Part shown: in pieces, positions 1 to 11,631 of the stretch
Layout: every line of letters begins with the position of its first letter
How positions within the stretch are numbered: the first letter of the stretch is position 1
Source of the DNA: Jimgerdemannia flammicorona
Taxonomy: Eukaryota
DNA: 34,568 nt
Assembly: GCA_003990765.1 (NCBI GenBank)
Contig: RBNJ01000272.1
Location: forward strand, 1 to 34,568
Direction of reading: 5' to 3'
Notes under the pieces: model-generated
The model's database searches: none
Told to the model about the DNA's origin: nothing
Seen by the model: only the letters and a program-made list of their open reading frames with translations
Translations under genes and position numbers: made by a program

Positions 1-15
1 AAAAAAAAAAAAAAG
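1..15 (+). mobile_element. Poly(A) tail, probably the 3' end of another LINE (LINE C) inserted into LINE A; body lies outside the window
   Basis: A15 abuts GGCTTCTGGTGG (G-F-W-W), which is internal LINE ORF2 sequence (compare AAAGGATTTTGGTGG at ~5953-5967 in LINE B). Confidence 0.55.
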
Positions 16-1103
16 GCTTCTGGTGGGGTGTGATTAATGAGACCCACTATATTGGTATCTGTTGACAGGACAAGAAGAGAGAAGAGAACTGGGGATCTAG
101 GATGTAGAGGTGGAATCATCTTCTGTTAGAGGATAGTCAGGTGGAGGACTTTAATCTTGAGAATAGAATAGAGTGTCTTAGGAAATGAGGGAGGAATTTC
201 TGGCCTAAAGTATAGCAGAGAGTTAGTATTAGAAAAGAATGGAACTAGGCCAGCATCTGGTCATAAAATAAGGTGGTGGCAAGGTGACTTCCACCCAAGT
301 TCTGGGGGGTGTGGTGGAGGTTCTTGAGATGAAACATGATACTGAACTTCTGGTCAGAGTATCTAGTGGAGAGTGGAACCTTTGATTGTAAAGAGTGCTA
401 TAATGTAGAGCAGGAGAGTGAGGTGGTACAGACTCCAGAACATTGGTTGGGAGAGTGTGAAAGCTTAGAGATTTTCTGGAAGATAATTGAGAGGAGGTTG
501 GAGGTGGTGGCTCCTGCTCCAGGGAGAGGTAGATAATGTGATATCCTACAATTCCATCTGGTAGATAGTGTGGGAAATGAGTGGCTTACTGTTGAGTGGG
601 TGGTAGTGATGTGGGTTGGACTTACAAAATACTAGTAGAGTATCTTTGAGGAGGGCCCCAGGTTGGTGGTTAAAATGAAAAAAGTGAGGTAGAAGTGGCT
701 GATGTTGGAGCTTTTGAATGGATAGTGGGTGGGGTAGGGGCCTAAGGGAGAGAGTTAAAAGGAACTGGTGAGGAGGATTGCTAGGAAGAGTAGAGAGTAG
801 ATTAAGGTATCAGAATTAGTGCTCCTAACAAGTCAATTTAATCCGGATTGGATTCGGATTGATTCAGATTGAATCCTATCTGGATGGATTCGAATCAACC
901 ATTGTTTTGATTTCCAAATTAGATAATTAAATGTTTATATCAATAACTCAATGAATAATCATCCAAATTTGATAACCTTAGTGTCATTTGAAAGCCCTTA
1001 ATAAGGCCTATCTAATGATCACATCTCTTTCCAGTACCATTCAGGTTATACAACCTTTGGAAGGCACTTTCGACATCATTTTCGGAGAAAAGAGACTAAC
1101 AAC

Positions 1104-2441
1104 ATGGCAACCAACAGGCAACCTGAGGTGTGTACTGGGCAGGGTGGTCCAAGCGCTTTCGACTGGCAGCAGGTGGGGAGGGGTCCAGGCCTGGGGGGAG
1201 GTATGAGGGGCCTGCTGGCGGGTGGACGTGGAAGGGGTGGAGGAGGGGGTGGAGGATCAGGATCTGGGAGGGCAAGCTTCACGGAGATGGTGAAGGGGAG
1301 ACAGCAGGCATCAGGGCTGGAGGGCTGGCTGAGGAAGGGCAAGGAGACTGAGAAGGCGACAGTGCCGGGGGGAGTGGCCCTTGGAAGGGGGGGCAGTGGA
1401 GCTGGGGGAGTAGTGGCGGGGGGAGGTGTGACTGCTGATGGTGGTGGGACTGTCAATCTGGAAAAAAATCCAGATGTGACAGCTGATGGCGAGGCTGAGC
1501 AGCTGAGGCTTAGAAGACAAGGGGACTTGGCAGATGGTGTAATGGGTCTGGCGGTGGCCCCATTACTCAAGAAATCGATTTCGGCATTTGCAGTCACACT
1601 GTGCTTCTAGGGCCTGGCAGTAACAGCAAAAATGGTACTGGGGCTCATTGCTAAGCAGGTGGCAGGAGCGGCATCTGTGAAGTTTTTGAAGGGACTAGAA
1701 GAAGTGGAGGTGGGTTTTGAGGAGGCGGCACTGCTGGAGGAGGCACTGAAGGTTGGATTGGTGGTTGGGGAGGTGTATGTTCCAATGACATGGTGCCTAA
1801 AGTGGGACCCCAGGGTGGTCCAACTGCTGGTGAAAGGAGTGCCAATAGTGATGGCAATGGAGACAAAGAAGAGAGTTGAGGATTTTATGGTAGAATATGG
1901 CAAGGTAGTGGATATCGGGTTCAGGGTCTGGGAAGGGACCTCGCTCAGGACTGGTGACGTGGATGTGAGGATTTGGCTGGCTAGGAGAGAAGCCACTGGG
2001 AAGGCAAGGGATTGGCCTTCGGTGATGGTCTGGGGAGCGATCCTGTGTAAGGTGACAAGGGTGAAGGGAAGTGAGGAGAAGGAGGAGGATTTATTGGAAG
2101 TACTAGAAGAGCTGAGTGGTGCTGTGGAGAGGTGAGCGAAGGCTTGGGAGGCTTTTGTGGAGGCTACACACTTGGAGGTGGTGGATGGAAAGCGGATTCA
2201 AGTGACCAAGGAGCAGTGGGAAAGGGCTCAGGGGCATAAGAGACAGAAGGAGTTACTGGCCAAGCTGGATAGCAGACCACTGGGGGAGGCGAGCAAGGTG
2301 AAGGGTACAGGGGGAGCTGAAGCGAGTGTCTGGGCTGGCAAGGGGGAGGGGAAGGACAAGAAGGAGGTGGGGGAGGACAAGAAGAAGGCTGGGAAGGACC
2401 TGTATGCAGATGGTACACTGGAGGTATGGGAGGAGGACTGA
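1104..2441 (+). pseudogene. LINE B ORF1 (Gly/Arg-rich N-terminus), two internal stops
   Basis: ORF-track pieces 1104..1610, 1632..2135 and 2157..2441 share one frame and are separated only by single stop codons; first ORF after an ~80-nt 5' UTR. Confidence 0.7.
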
Positions 2442-3159
2442 GTGGGCTCCCCTCTCTACCCCTCTCATCAGGCATGGCCTGGCTTCCCAGAATAAGGTGG
2501 TAGAAGATGTGCCAATGCGAGGAGCCCAGAGGGTACAATTCGGAGTTCCAGAGGTGGCATATGGGGGACAGGTGGTGGCGGCTGGCGAGGAGGAACTGGT
2601 GGATGTCCCGGAAGTATGGGATGAGTCTGCAAGTACTGGAGCTGACACCACAATGTTGGATGGAGGGAGGCTGGCGACTCCAGGGGGGAAAGAGGTGGGG
2701 AATTTGCTTTGGATGTACTGGATGATGAATAACCTGGTGGCGGAAGAGTTGGGGGAAGTGGACTTGCAAGTGATGAGTGATAAGCATTGGGCAGGGATAC
2801 TGCAGGGGGATGGTGTAATGAAGGCATTAAAGGCAGAAATTCTTGCAGTGTACCTAGAGGAGGAAGGGTATGAGATAGATAAGGAAAGGGAGGAGGAGAT
2901 AGTGGTCATTGCTGGAGAAAGGGCTGAATACTGCTGGAACAAGCATCATGGACTATAGCTCTGGCAGGAGGTGTACATCGAATACTGAGAGGAGTTTGAG
3001 GAGAAGGCTGATGGAGAGATGAATGAACTGCTGGCTGGATTGGAGGCTCAGAGAGCAGAAGAGGAGGAGGTGGCTGCAGAACATAATTTGGACAGGGCAC
3101 AGAAAGAGATGAATATGGAGCAGTAGAGGCTGATTGACGACATCATATATATCATCAAT

Positions 3160-6100
3160 ATGAACAGTACAACCAATATTTTCTCTTTGAATGTGAATGG
3201 GTTATAGGGCACTTCTTGACGTAGGAACATTTTTACTTAGATGAAGGGATTGGAGGCTGATCTCTTCCTCTTGCAGGATGTCCGGTGCGAAGATGACTCT
3301 GATAGGTTAGAATGGATGAAGGAATGGGGAGGTGTGGTGATTTGGAAGAGCAAGGTTGGGATTTTGGTTTGGAAAGGCAGAGGGGAGATACAGAATGTAC
3401 AGTGCTGGGGGGAGAGACTGGTCTGGGGAGAGTGGATTCGGGCAGGCTGGGGGCCAGTTATGGTTGGCTCCTGCTACTGTCCTGTGGTATGGGGTGAGAG
3501 AGTAGTGTGGGTGAAAGGCTTACAGGAGAGTGGATTACTTGTGGAGGCTGGGGTGGATATGCTTGGGGGAGATTTCAATATGGTTAGGGATACACTGCTG
3601 AATAGAACAGATGGAGGATGAGGTGCTGAGAGCAGGAGTGGAGGACTGGTGGCATGGGAGGAAGTAGAAAGACTAAGTGTGCTATTGGATGCTGGAAGGG
3701 AGTGCTGGGGGAGTAGGAGGGTCTATATACATTGGGCAGGGGGTCTGGGGACTAGAATTGACTGGATTTTGATGGCCTGCTACTGGGGACTAGATGTTTG
3801 GAAGTCATTGGAGGTGGAATGGTGTCTATGGTCAGATCACTGGGGGCTTCTGGGACAGGGGTGCTTTGGGGGAAGTGGGGATGGGCCTGGACATTGGTGC
3901 CTCAATTCCTCTTTGTTAGATGACAAGACCCGGTGGGATGAGTGGGCTAAAGACATTCAACTGAGGGTGGAGAACTGGAGGCAAGAAGGGGCCTCAGTTG
4001 AGACTCAGTGGATGAGGATGAAGGAAATGGCCAGGATTTACTAGAGGGAGGCTGGCAAGGAGGCAGGGAAGCAGTGGAAACAAAGAGTGCATTGGGCCTC
4101 TGCCAGATTGACAAAGCTCCTGGAGGAGTGGGCAAGGCTGATGATGTTGGAGGGAGAAGAATATTGGAGATTAATGAGGGTGAAAATAGAGGTTGGAGAG
4201 CTTCAACAGGTGCTGTGGGAGGAGGAAGAGGCAAGGGTACAGAGCTTGGCAGCACGTCTTTGTTGGCAGGATCTGGCAGAAGGAGAGAGGCCTTCCAAGC
4301 TTCTTATGAGGGCCCTTAGGGTGAGGTGGGTCCAGCAATGGTGGGAAGGAGTATTGGACTCTAATGGTATACTGGTGCATGGTGTACAGGATATTCTTGG
4401 ATCGCTGAAGGAGAGATGGAGTGGATTGTGGAGTGAAGAGGAGGGTGGGGCGGATGCCGCTACAATTGAACGAACATTGGAGGATTGGCACCCACCACAA
4501 GTCAAAGGGCTAGGGGACCTGGTGATGCCTGTACAGGAGGATGAGATCCACCAGGTTCTTGCCGCGACAACACCCAGTATGGCACCTGGGGAGGATGGTC
4601 TGCCCTGGGACTTTTGGAAGCAAATGGTTGGAGTCCCAGAAGTGATGGGAGAGATGACAGTATTGTGTGATCTTATTCTACAGACAGGGAGGTGGGTGGG
4701 GGAGCAGGACCTTGGGCTGGTGACACTGCTTTACAAAAACAAAGAAAGGTGGGAGGATTGGAAGAACTGGTGGCTGATAATGTTGCTAGATATGGACAGA
4801 AAGTTGGTAACTAAGGTAGTGGTGGCGAGACTACAGAAGGTGGCCCAGCAAGTCATGGGTGTTGAGCAGAGGGGATTTGTGGGTGGTCAGCTCATCAGGG
4901 ATGGTACTGCCTAGGTACATGGCATTATCGAAGGGGCAAGGGCCTGTGGACTGGATGGGCATCTAGTCTTCTTGGACCAGGAGAAGGCATATGACCAGGT
5001 GCAAAGAGTCTGGCTGAAGAAAGTTTTGGATAGAATGGGGGTACCATATCATTTCCGGTCAACAATGGTCAGCCTACTGGAAGGGAGTAGGGCTGTACTC
5101 ATGTGTAATGGTCATAGAGGGGTAGCATTCCCCTTGGGTAGGGGGGTGCCCCAGGGGGATCCATTGTCCCCCATTTTGTATGCTCTTTCCCTGAAACCAC
5201 TTATGGACCGAATTAGGTGGAGGATAGTGGGGCTCTCTGTCTTTGGCATAGGATGGAAGGTTGGGGCCTTTGCTGATGACATGGTGGTGGGTTTGGGTTT
5301 GATTGCTGATGTGGAGGAGCTCAAGAGGACTGTGGAGTGGTATGAGGAGTATTCTGGAGCTAAGCTGAACTGACATAAGTGTGAGACAATGATGCTCGGT
5401 AATGGCCTGGTGGGCGGGGAAGTTATAGGAACAATTGTCCCCACCAGTGAAGCAGTGCAGTACTTAGGTATCTACTTATCAGTCTATGGATCAGTTCTGC
5501 CCAAGCTTTGGTGGGAGCAGAGGATTGGAATCTGGGAGGAGGCTCTGTAGAGTTGGGGGGGAAGACATTTTTCTCTGGCAGGGCGGGTCTCGATTTTGAA
5601 TGTCTACTGGCTGCCAAAGTTGTGGTACCTGGCATATCATCTGAACTTCTCAGCCTGGGTGGTGAAGAGATTGATGAAGTCAGTGAAGGGATGGATTTGG
5701 GCTGGCAGGTGGAGTCAAATTAGTTGGGAGACCTTGGCCCTACCAGTAGCAAGAGGTGGTCTTGGGCTGGTTGACTTCCCAAAATGGTTACACTGCTTGA
5801 GAGTATGGTGGCTGAAGAGAGTGGTGGAGTTGAGAGGAGGTGGATGGGTTTCTCTATTACAGAAGATATGGGAGAGGTGGGCATTACCAAGGGGCTCAAC
5901 TGGCAATCTCCTCTCCTTGGTTAGGCTTCAGAACACCACCCAACTACAATATAAAGGATTTTGGTGGGGGATTGCAAAAGGAGTGCACCACATTGGTATT
6001 CGTTGGCAGGGGAATGAAGGCGAGGAGGATTGGGACCCAGCAATGTGAAGATGGGATCATATACTGCTGGGGGGTGCTTCTTTAGTTGAGTTCGACATTG

Positions 6101-6816
6101 GTGATGGAATGGAATACCAAAGGGGACCAGGCCAGAATCTGTGGTCTAGTGGTTGGCAAGGAGTTGGAATTGGTGAAGAGTGGAACTGGCATGGTGTTTG
6201 GACCTGGAGTGCTGCAGTGAGAGCGTGGCTGCCACCAAAGTACTGGGTGGTCTGGTAGCGCATGCTGCAGAGGAACATTATGCTCAACTTTTGCTCAGGG
6301 CACCTTGTTGTAGGGGGTTGCTTCGACTGTGAGGAGTGCTATGATATAGGGCAGGAGGGGGGTTATGTACAGATGCCAGAACATTGGCTAGGAGAGTGTG
6401 AGGTGTTGGGGGATTTTTGGCAGACAATTGGGGACCACTTAGGAGTACGGAGTAGGGGTGATGAAGTATGGGGGCGGTGGGAGGACTTGAGGGATAGATT
6501 GGTAGGGGAGATAGGGAAGGAGTGGCTTACTTTAGGTTGGGCTTTGGCTATTTGGGTGGGGCTGGCCAGTCATTGGCTATTTGTTTTTGAGAATGGGAGG
6601 AGGCAGAGTTTGGGAGACTGGCTGCTGCGATGGCATAGGCTTATAGAAGACACCTTAACAGGCTGGTGGCTGGGTTGGGGGATGCGGGGTGGTCGGAGGC
6701 ACCACTTGGTGGAGAAAATCTATGGGCAAAGTGGGGGGAGAGTTGGGGTAGTTGGTGAAAGGGTGATTTTCATTTGTGAGAAAGTAGGGAGGGGCCCCCT
6801 TGTGGGGATTGGATAG
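3160..6816 (+). pseudogene. LINE B ORF2: AP endonuclease, reverse transcriptase and C-terminal Cys/His motif (~1218 codons, possibly extended upstream to ~2515)
   Basis: One frame throughout. APE motifs SLNVNGL, LLQD, GGDFN, TRIDW, SDH. RT motifs APGEDGLP, EQRGFV, DQEKAYD, GVPQGDPLSPILY, FADD, YLG. C-terminal CEEC...EHWLGEC. Confidence 0.93.
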
Positions 6817-7395
6817 TGGGTCAGAATGATGTATATTTACTCATAGACTGGTAATAAAGGCAGAGTCCACATGACTATAAAAAAAAAGGCCTATCTAATG
6901 ATACCAAGAACATTGAAATCAGATCATGCGTTGCTGAACCCATCTGAATCGCCGATTTTGGAAATTCTTTGATTTGCCGATTTTGGAAATTTCATCAAAT
7001 AGAACATTTTCCTTAATATCTTGGCAACGTGTAATCCGATTTTAATGTTCTTGATATCATTAGAAAGGCCTTATTAAGGGCTTTCAAATGACACTAAGAT
7101 CATCAAATTTGGATGATTATTCATCGAGTTATGGATGTAAACATTTAATTGTCCAATTTGGAAATCAAAACAATGGTTGATTCGAATCCATCCAGATGGG
7201 ATTCGAATCCATCCGAATTCCATCCAGATTGACTCGTTCGGAGCACTAATCAGAATAGAGAGTTTCCTTTGTAAGAGATAGAGGAAGATGAGTCCTATGT
7301 GAGATAGGATAGGAGGATACTGTATTATTATATTATAGATAAGAAGAATAATAAATGACAAAGTTCAAGAGACTATAAAAAAAAAAAAAAAAAAA

Positions 7396-7429
<34 letters not shown>

Positions 7430-7432
<3 letters not shown>

Positions 7433-10400
7433 TATCTTAACATCTATTTGATAAATTTCATAATTATATTTAGCTTCAATTATAAGAAGTATTCTAAGTA
7501 AAGTAATCTTAAATACTAGGGAAAAAGTCTCATCATAATCTATATGAATATTCTTTTACTACAAATTGGGTCTTATACTACTCTATATCACCATTACTAT
7601 TATACTTAATCTTATATATCTATTAGGATCCTATTGCTTATTGATTTGTCAGAAGAGAGACTAGATTTCAGGTGTTATTCTCAATAAGTAAATTATACTC
7701 CTTTTCTATAGTCTTTTTCTATTTTTTTTTTATCATTTGAGTATATAGCTTTATTATAGTTTACTGATTTACCAGTTATTGCAATATAAGTATACTTATA
7801 AGTATAGTTCATATGATATTTGTTGTGATAGGATTTCTTAGATTGATTCTAATAATCTTCTAAATCTATTTTGATCTTATTACATAGTCTAAACTTGTGC
7901 TTTTTCTTATCTTTCAGAGAGGTATCCTCATCATTATCCTCATTTGTAATTTCCATAATTCTTAGCTCTGATAGTCTTGTTGGTATGGATATGAGTTGTA
8001 CTGATACTAGCAAAGATATCATTTTACTTACCTTTAAAGTTAGTATAGTTGTCACTAGCTATACCATCAGATAGATCAGGATAGAAACTTTTATATAAAT
8101 TTTCTACTTAATTTCCTTGAATTGAATATTATATGAGATAATAATATGATATTTCTATAAGTTCCACAATCTATATATCACTCTGTCATATCTAAGGAAT
8201 GTTTATCTGCTTTAGGCTCAAATTTGTCTCTATTGTTACTCTTATCTAAGATATAAGCCTTACTTCTGAATATTTATAAGTGTGAAATATCTGGATTAGA
8301 TCTACTCTATAATTCTTCAGAGATAAGATTATTATCATTCCTAGATCATTGATTATTATTATCAGATTTGTTAGATCTACTGGAGTCTTTACTTAAAGCT
8401 CAAGAAATATAATGATTTCAGATATATATTACTATATTCACTACTTTGGCCCAGAAGGAGTGTGGTAAGTCAGCCATATTTATCATCATTTGAGCCATCT
8501 CTACTATTATTTGATTAAAGCACTCTACTATACCATTTTGCTCATATATATAGAGGGCTACTATAGAGTATTGAATACTATACTTTTTCAAGAAGTATCT
8601 GAAGACTTTGTCAACATATTTTTTACCATTATCTGAGTATAGGATTTATATTTTATATCTTATTTCATTCTCTATAGTTGCTTTGAATTTTCAAAATTTC
8701 TCAAATGCCTTATTCTTTACTATAAGGAAGTATATATAGACTTTGCAAGTATAATTATCAATGAAAGTAATAAAATACTTTTTTCTGAAGTATATTGCTA
8801 TTTGTATAAGACTGTAAATATCTATATATTATATTGAGAATGCCAGTTACTCACTTCATAATTTCTGAAAAGATTGCTGAGAAGTCTTATTTACCATATA
8901 TTCATTACAAAAGCTGAGGTCTAATAATATATAGTTTGGTAATCTATATATAGATTTACTCCTTATCATCAATTTTAAGCTCATCTTGCTGATATGTTCT
9001 AAAATATTTATACTATATATATTAGAGATCCTCTCCAGTTATAGTAGAATATATAGATGATATACTACTTTATATACTATTGATTATATATAGATTTCTC
9101 TTTTTTGATATATATATTAACTCTTTATTATTCTTTAAATTAATTACTATTATACTATTTGATCATATATTTACTCCTTTATCTCCTCAAGCCATTATTC
9201 AGCTAATTAAAAGAGATTCTTGCTGATATCTGGAGTATATAGTATATCTACAAAGATGCCTGAGGGTTCATCAACTTTTCCATATAGATATATACTGACA
9301 TTTCTCTTATCTTAAGTATAAATGACATTATTGTTATTTAGTTTGATAGGTATAGAATACTCAAACTTCTTGTATATAGAGAACTACTCATAGTAAGCTG
9401 TTATATACTATATATATTATACTGGAATCAATGAGCTAAATTTCTTCACTATATATATAAGTACTCAGCATATAGCTTACATTCATGCTGGTACTGATAT
9501 TAATATTTTCTGTTCTTATAACTCTTTCTGTATACTACTTCTATAAAAAACAGATCTTTATTATTTCTGCTACTTTTATTATTACTATTATTATTGGTAT
9601 CTATGACATTTGTCTACCATTATTTATATTACTTATCTTGGCCACTCTTTTCTTTTTTCTTATGATTACAATCTTACTTATAATGTCCATACTTATTATA
9701 GTAGAAATATTTACTATTAAATTTCTTACATTGCTGGCCTTGGTCTCATTCTTTGCTTAACTTGTCTTTATCTTACCCATATACTCTATAGAAGACTTTT
9801 TCATCACTATTATTATTATTATTACTATCTAGTCTTGATTCCTCATTTAAAAGACTTGTAATGACATACTTGTAGTCTGATAGTTTACTGGATTTTCTTA
9901 TAACAATAATAACTATATTATATACCTCAGAAAGACAATATATAAGGACCAGAACCTTGTCTTTATTCTTAATAAGTTCTGCTAGTATAGAAAGAGAGTT
10001 CACTTGATTTGTCAGATTATTAATATGGTTGGCATAATCTCAGATGCTCTCTTTGAACTTTATTTAGAGATTAAATAGTTATACTTTAGATAGAATCTAT
10101 TTGATATGAATGTCTACTAGTAGTGATTGTATAAGATCTCCCAGGCTTCATTTGCTATTATAGTATTGATGATAAATTTCATTTGTATATTTGAAAGGGT
10201 GAATATAATCTCTCTTAGTGCTCTGTAATTCTTTATAGTTTTGTATACTATTACTTATACCTATAGCTTTTAGTAATCTTCCAAACTGTATTCTTCTAAG
10301 AGATTTTTCATATAGTATACCTATATGGTATAATCTTTACTATCAAAGACAAGAATCATTCTTTTTATTATCATTGATACCACTATAGTTATGACTGTTA

Positions 10401-10742
10401 TATTAGATATACTTATGCTGTCAGTACTTATTCTAAGTCTCATTCCTCTTATACTACTTAGCTGGCTCATATTTGATATGTTGCTAGTATTGACTGATAT
10501 TATAGTATAATATAGCATATGTGTTAGAGATATATTTATTATCTACTTTTACTAGTAGAGCTTATAATATTTTATTGTAGAATACTTAGAAGAGTAGAGA
10601 GAAAAAATTGAAAAAAGATAGTATTATTTATTGATACTAACTTATGTGCTTTTATGTATATTGATGATATTTATATAATAACATAGTCAGGATCAGACTG
10701 AACTACTATATGTCAAGTTATTATAACTAAGATATTTCAATA
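7430..10742 (-). mobile_element. Heavily decayed Ty1/Copia LTR retrotransposon (5' LTR, gag, PR, IN, start of RT), cut in RT by LINE A
   Basis: Minus-strand translations in Copia order: gag-like FDSKDY..MKNLLEEYSL (~10270-10350), PR IDSS (~9421-9432), IN EQNGIVECFNQIIVEMA..LPHSFWAKVVN (~8435-8545), RT ENNT*NLV..IYKIKYNSNGDIE*YK (~7570-7685) and YQIDVKIA (7430-7455). Confidence 0.85.
10573..10742 (-). repeat. Probable 5' LTR of the Copia element
   Basis: Bounded by TATTG...CAATA (decayed TGTTG...CAACA). Adjacent AGAGCTTATAAT resembles the reverse complement of the GGTTATGAGCCC seen next to many fungal Copia 5' LTRs. G2 sequence starts immediately at 10743. Confidence 0.55.
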
Positions 10743-10915
10743 CTTATAATGTGATCATTGTACATTACTCTGAAAAAACCAATGCCAATATAAATGCCCT
10801 CTCACAGATACCTCAAAGGACTCTCAATCAATAAACCAATTATGAATAAAGAGCTCTACTACAGAATTATCACCTATCTGAGACAGTAAAAGATACTCCA
10901 ATATCTGAAAGAATA

Positions 10916-11318
10916 TGTAATGGTTCTAGTTTCTAAATGAGGAAGTGACTAATTCTGGTAGTTCTAAGTAGCTCAAAGAGATACTAAGGATTCAAGTGTT
11001 CTCAAAGGATTTCTGAGAGAAAATATTCTGAGGCTTTATTCATGAGAACAAAGGGGATATTTATACAAGATCTGAAAGAAGGATCAGGAAGGATCTGAGA
11101 AATCAAAGGAAAATGCCAAGAGGAAAGTTCTCAGCAAAGATGACAAATAATGGCAAATAAAGTTCTACAAGTTTCCAGGACAATCAGTGACTAACTAAAT
11201 AAGTACTAGAGGATGCTCGGCACCAAGAAAGGATTTCTAAGCATTCAGAAAGTACCAGAAGATTGTAGAATATTAAAGAAAGACAAAGAAAAGAAATAAA
11301 CTATGCTAAAATACTACA
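10916..11318 (-). repeat. Chromovirus 3' LTR
   Basis: TGTAA...CTACA termini; direct repeat of 16562-16964; adjacent to PPT. Confidence 0.95.
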
Positions 11319-11631
11319 TCTCCTCCTCCTTAAGAATCAATATCCTTATTGAATTCTCAAAGTTACACATAATAAACAATAAGACTAAAAGAAACTTCAA
11401 ATTAAATATATCGACTCATTGGTAAGGATTGGTCATCCTTGTATAAGGTGAGGGCCAAAGTATCATCTTGATCAGATGAGAACTGGTTCGAACCTCGTTG
11501 GTTGCAGGATTTATAGGGTTCTCCTGTATCTCTTGCTTCTAATGCTGTATTCCTTAGAGAGCCCCAATGTGTAATGTGCCTGATCAGTACAGTAGGTCAT
11601 CTACTATCCAAGAGGAGAACCTCACAGGCAG

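Larger units (their letters stand above)
1020..6887 (+). mobile_element. LINE B: apparently full-length L1/Tx1-like non-LTR retrotransposon, inactivated by point mutations
   Basis: 15-bp TSD GGCCTATCTAATGAT at 1005-1019 and 6888-6902; AATAAA at 6853-6858; poly(A) at 6879-6887; ORF1 plus APE-RT ORF2. Confidence 0.95.
817..7248. mobile_element. Non-autonomous hAT MITE (~550 bp: 817-1019 plus 6903-7248) with long terminal inverted arms, interrupted by LINE B
   Basis: Termini TAGTGCTCCTAACAAGTCAAT / ATTGACTCGTTCGGAGCACTA. Perfect 8-bp TSD ATCAGAAT at 809-816 and 7249-7256. Left arm (817-1019 plus 6903-6934) is the reverse complement of ~7024-7248. Confidence 0.93.
16..7429 (+). mobile_element. 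LINE A: degenerate 3' part of an L1/Tx1-like non-LTR retrotransposon in two pieces (16-816 and 7249-7429), split by a hAT MITE
   Basis: 16-816 is colinear with LINE B ~5956-6755 (e.g. FDCKECY...TPEHWLGEC vs FDCEECY...MPEHWLGEC). It resumes after the MITE with AATAAA, GACTAT and a long poly(A) at 7377-7429, the same GACTAT(A)n end as LINE B. Confidence 0.85.

Noticed and set aside
1076..6287. Many Pro/Ser-rich minus-strand ORFs over LINE B
   Set aside because: Antisense shadows of a G-rich coding strand; no motifs
9485..9760. Very hydrophobic 91-aa ORF resembling a membrane protein
   Set aside because: Antisense to the Lys/Asn-rich, AT-decayed Copia gag region; hydrophobicity follows from T-richness
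11335..11631. Possible extra ORF between chromodomain and PPT of the chromovirus
   Set aside because: One frame is nearly open but has no clear start or motif, and there is no second copy to test conservation
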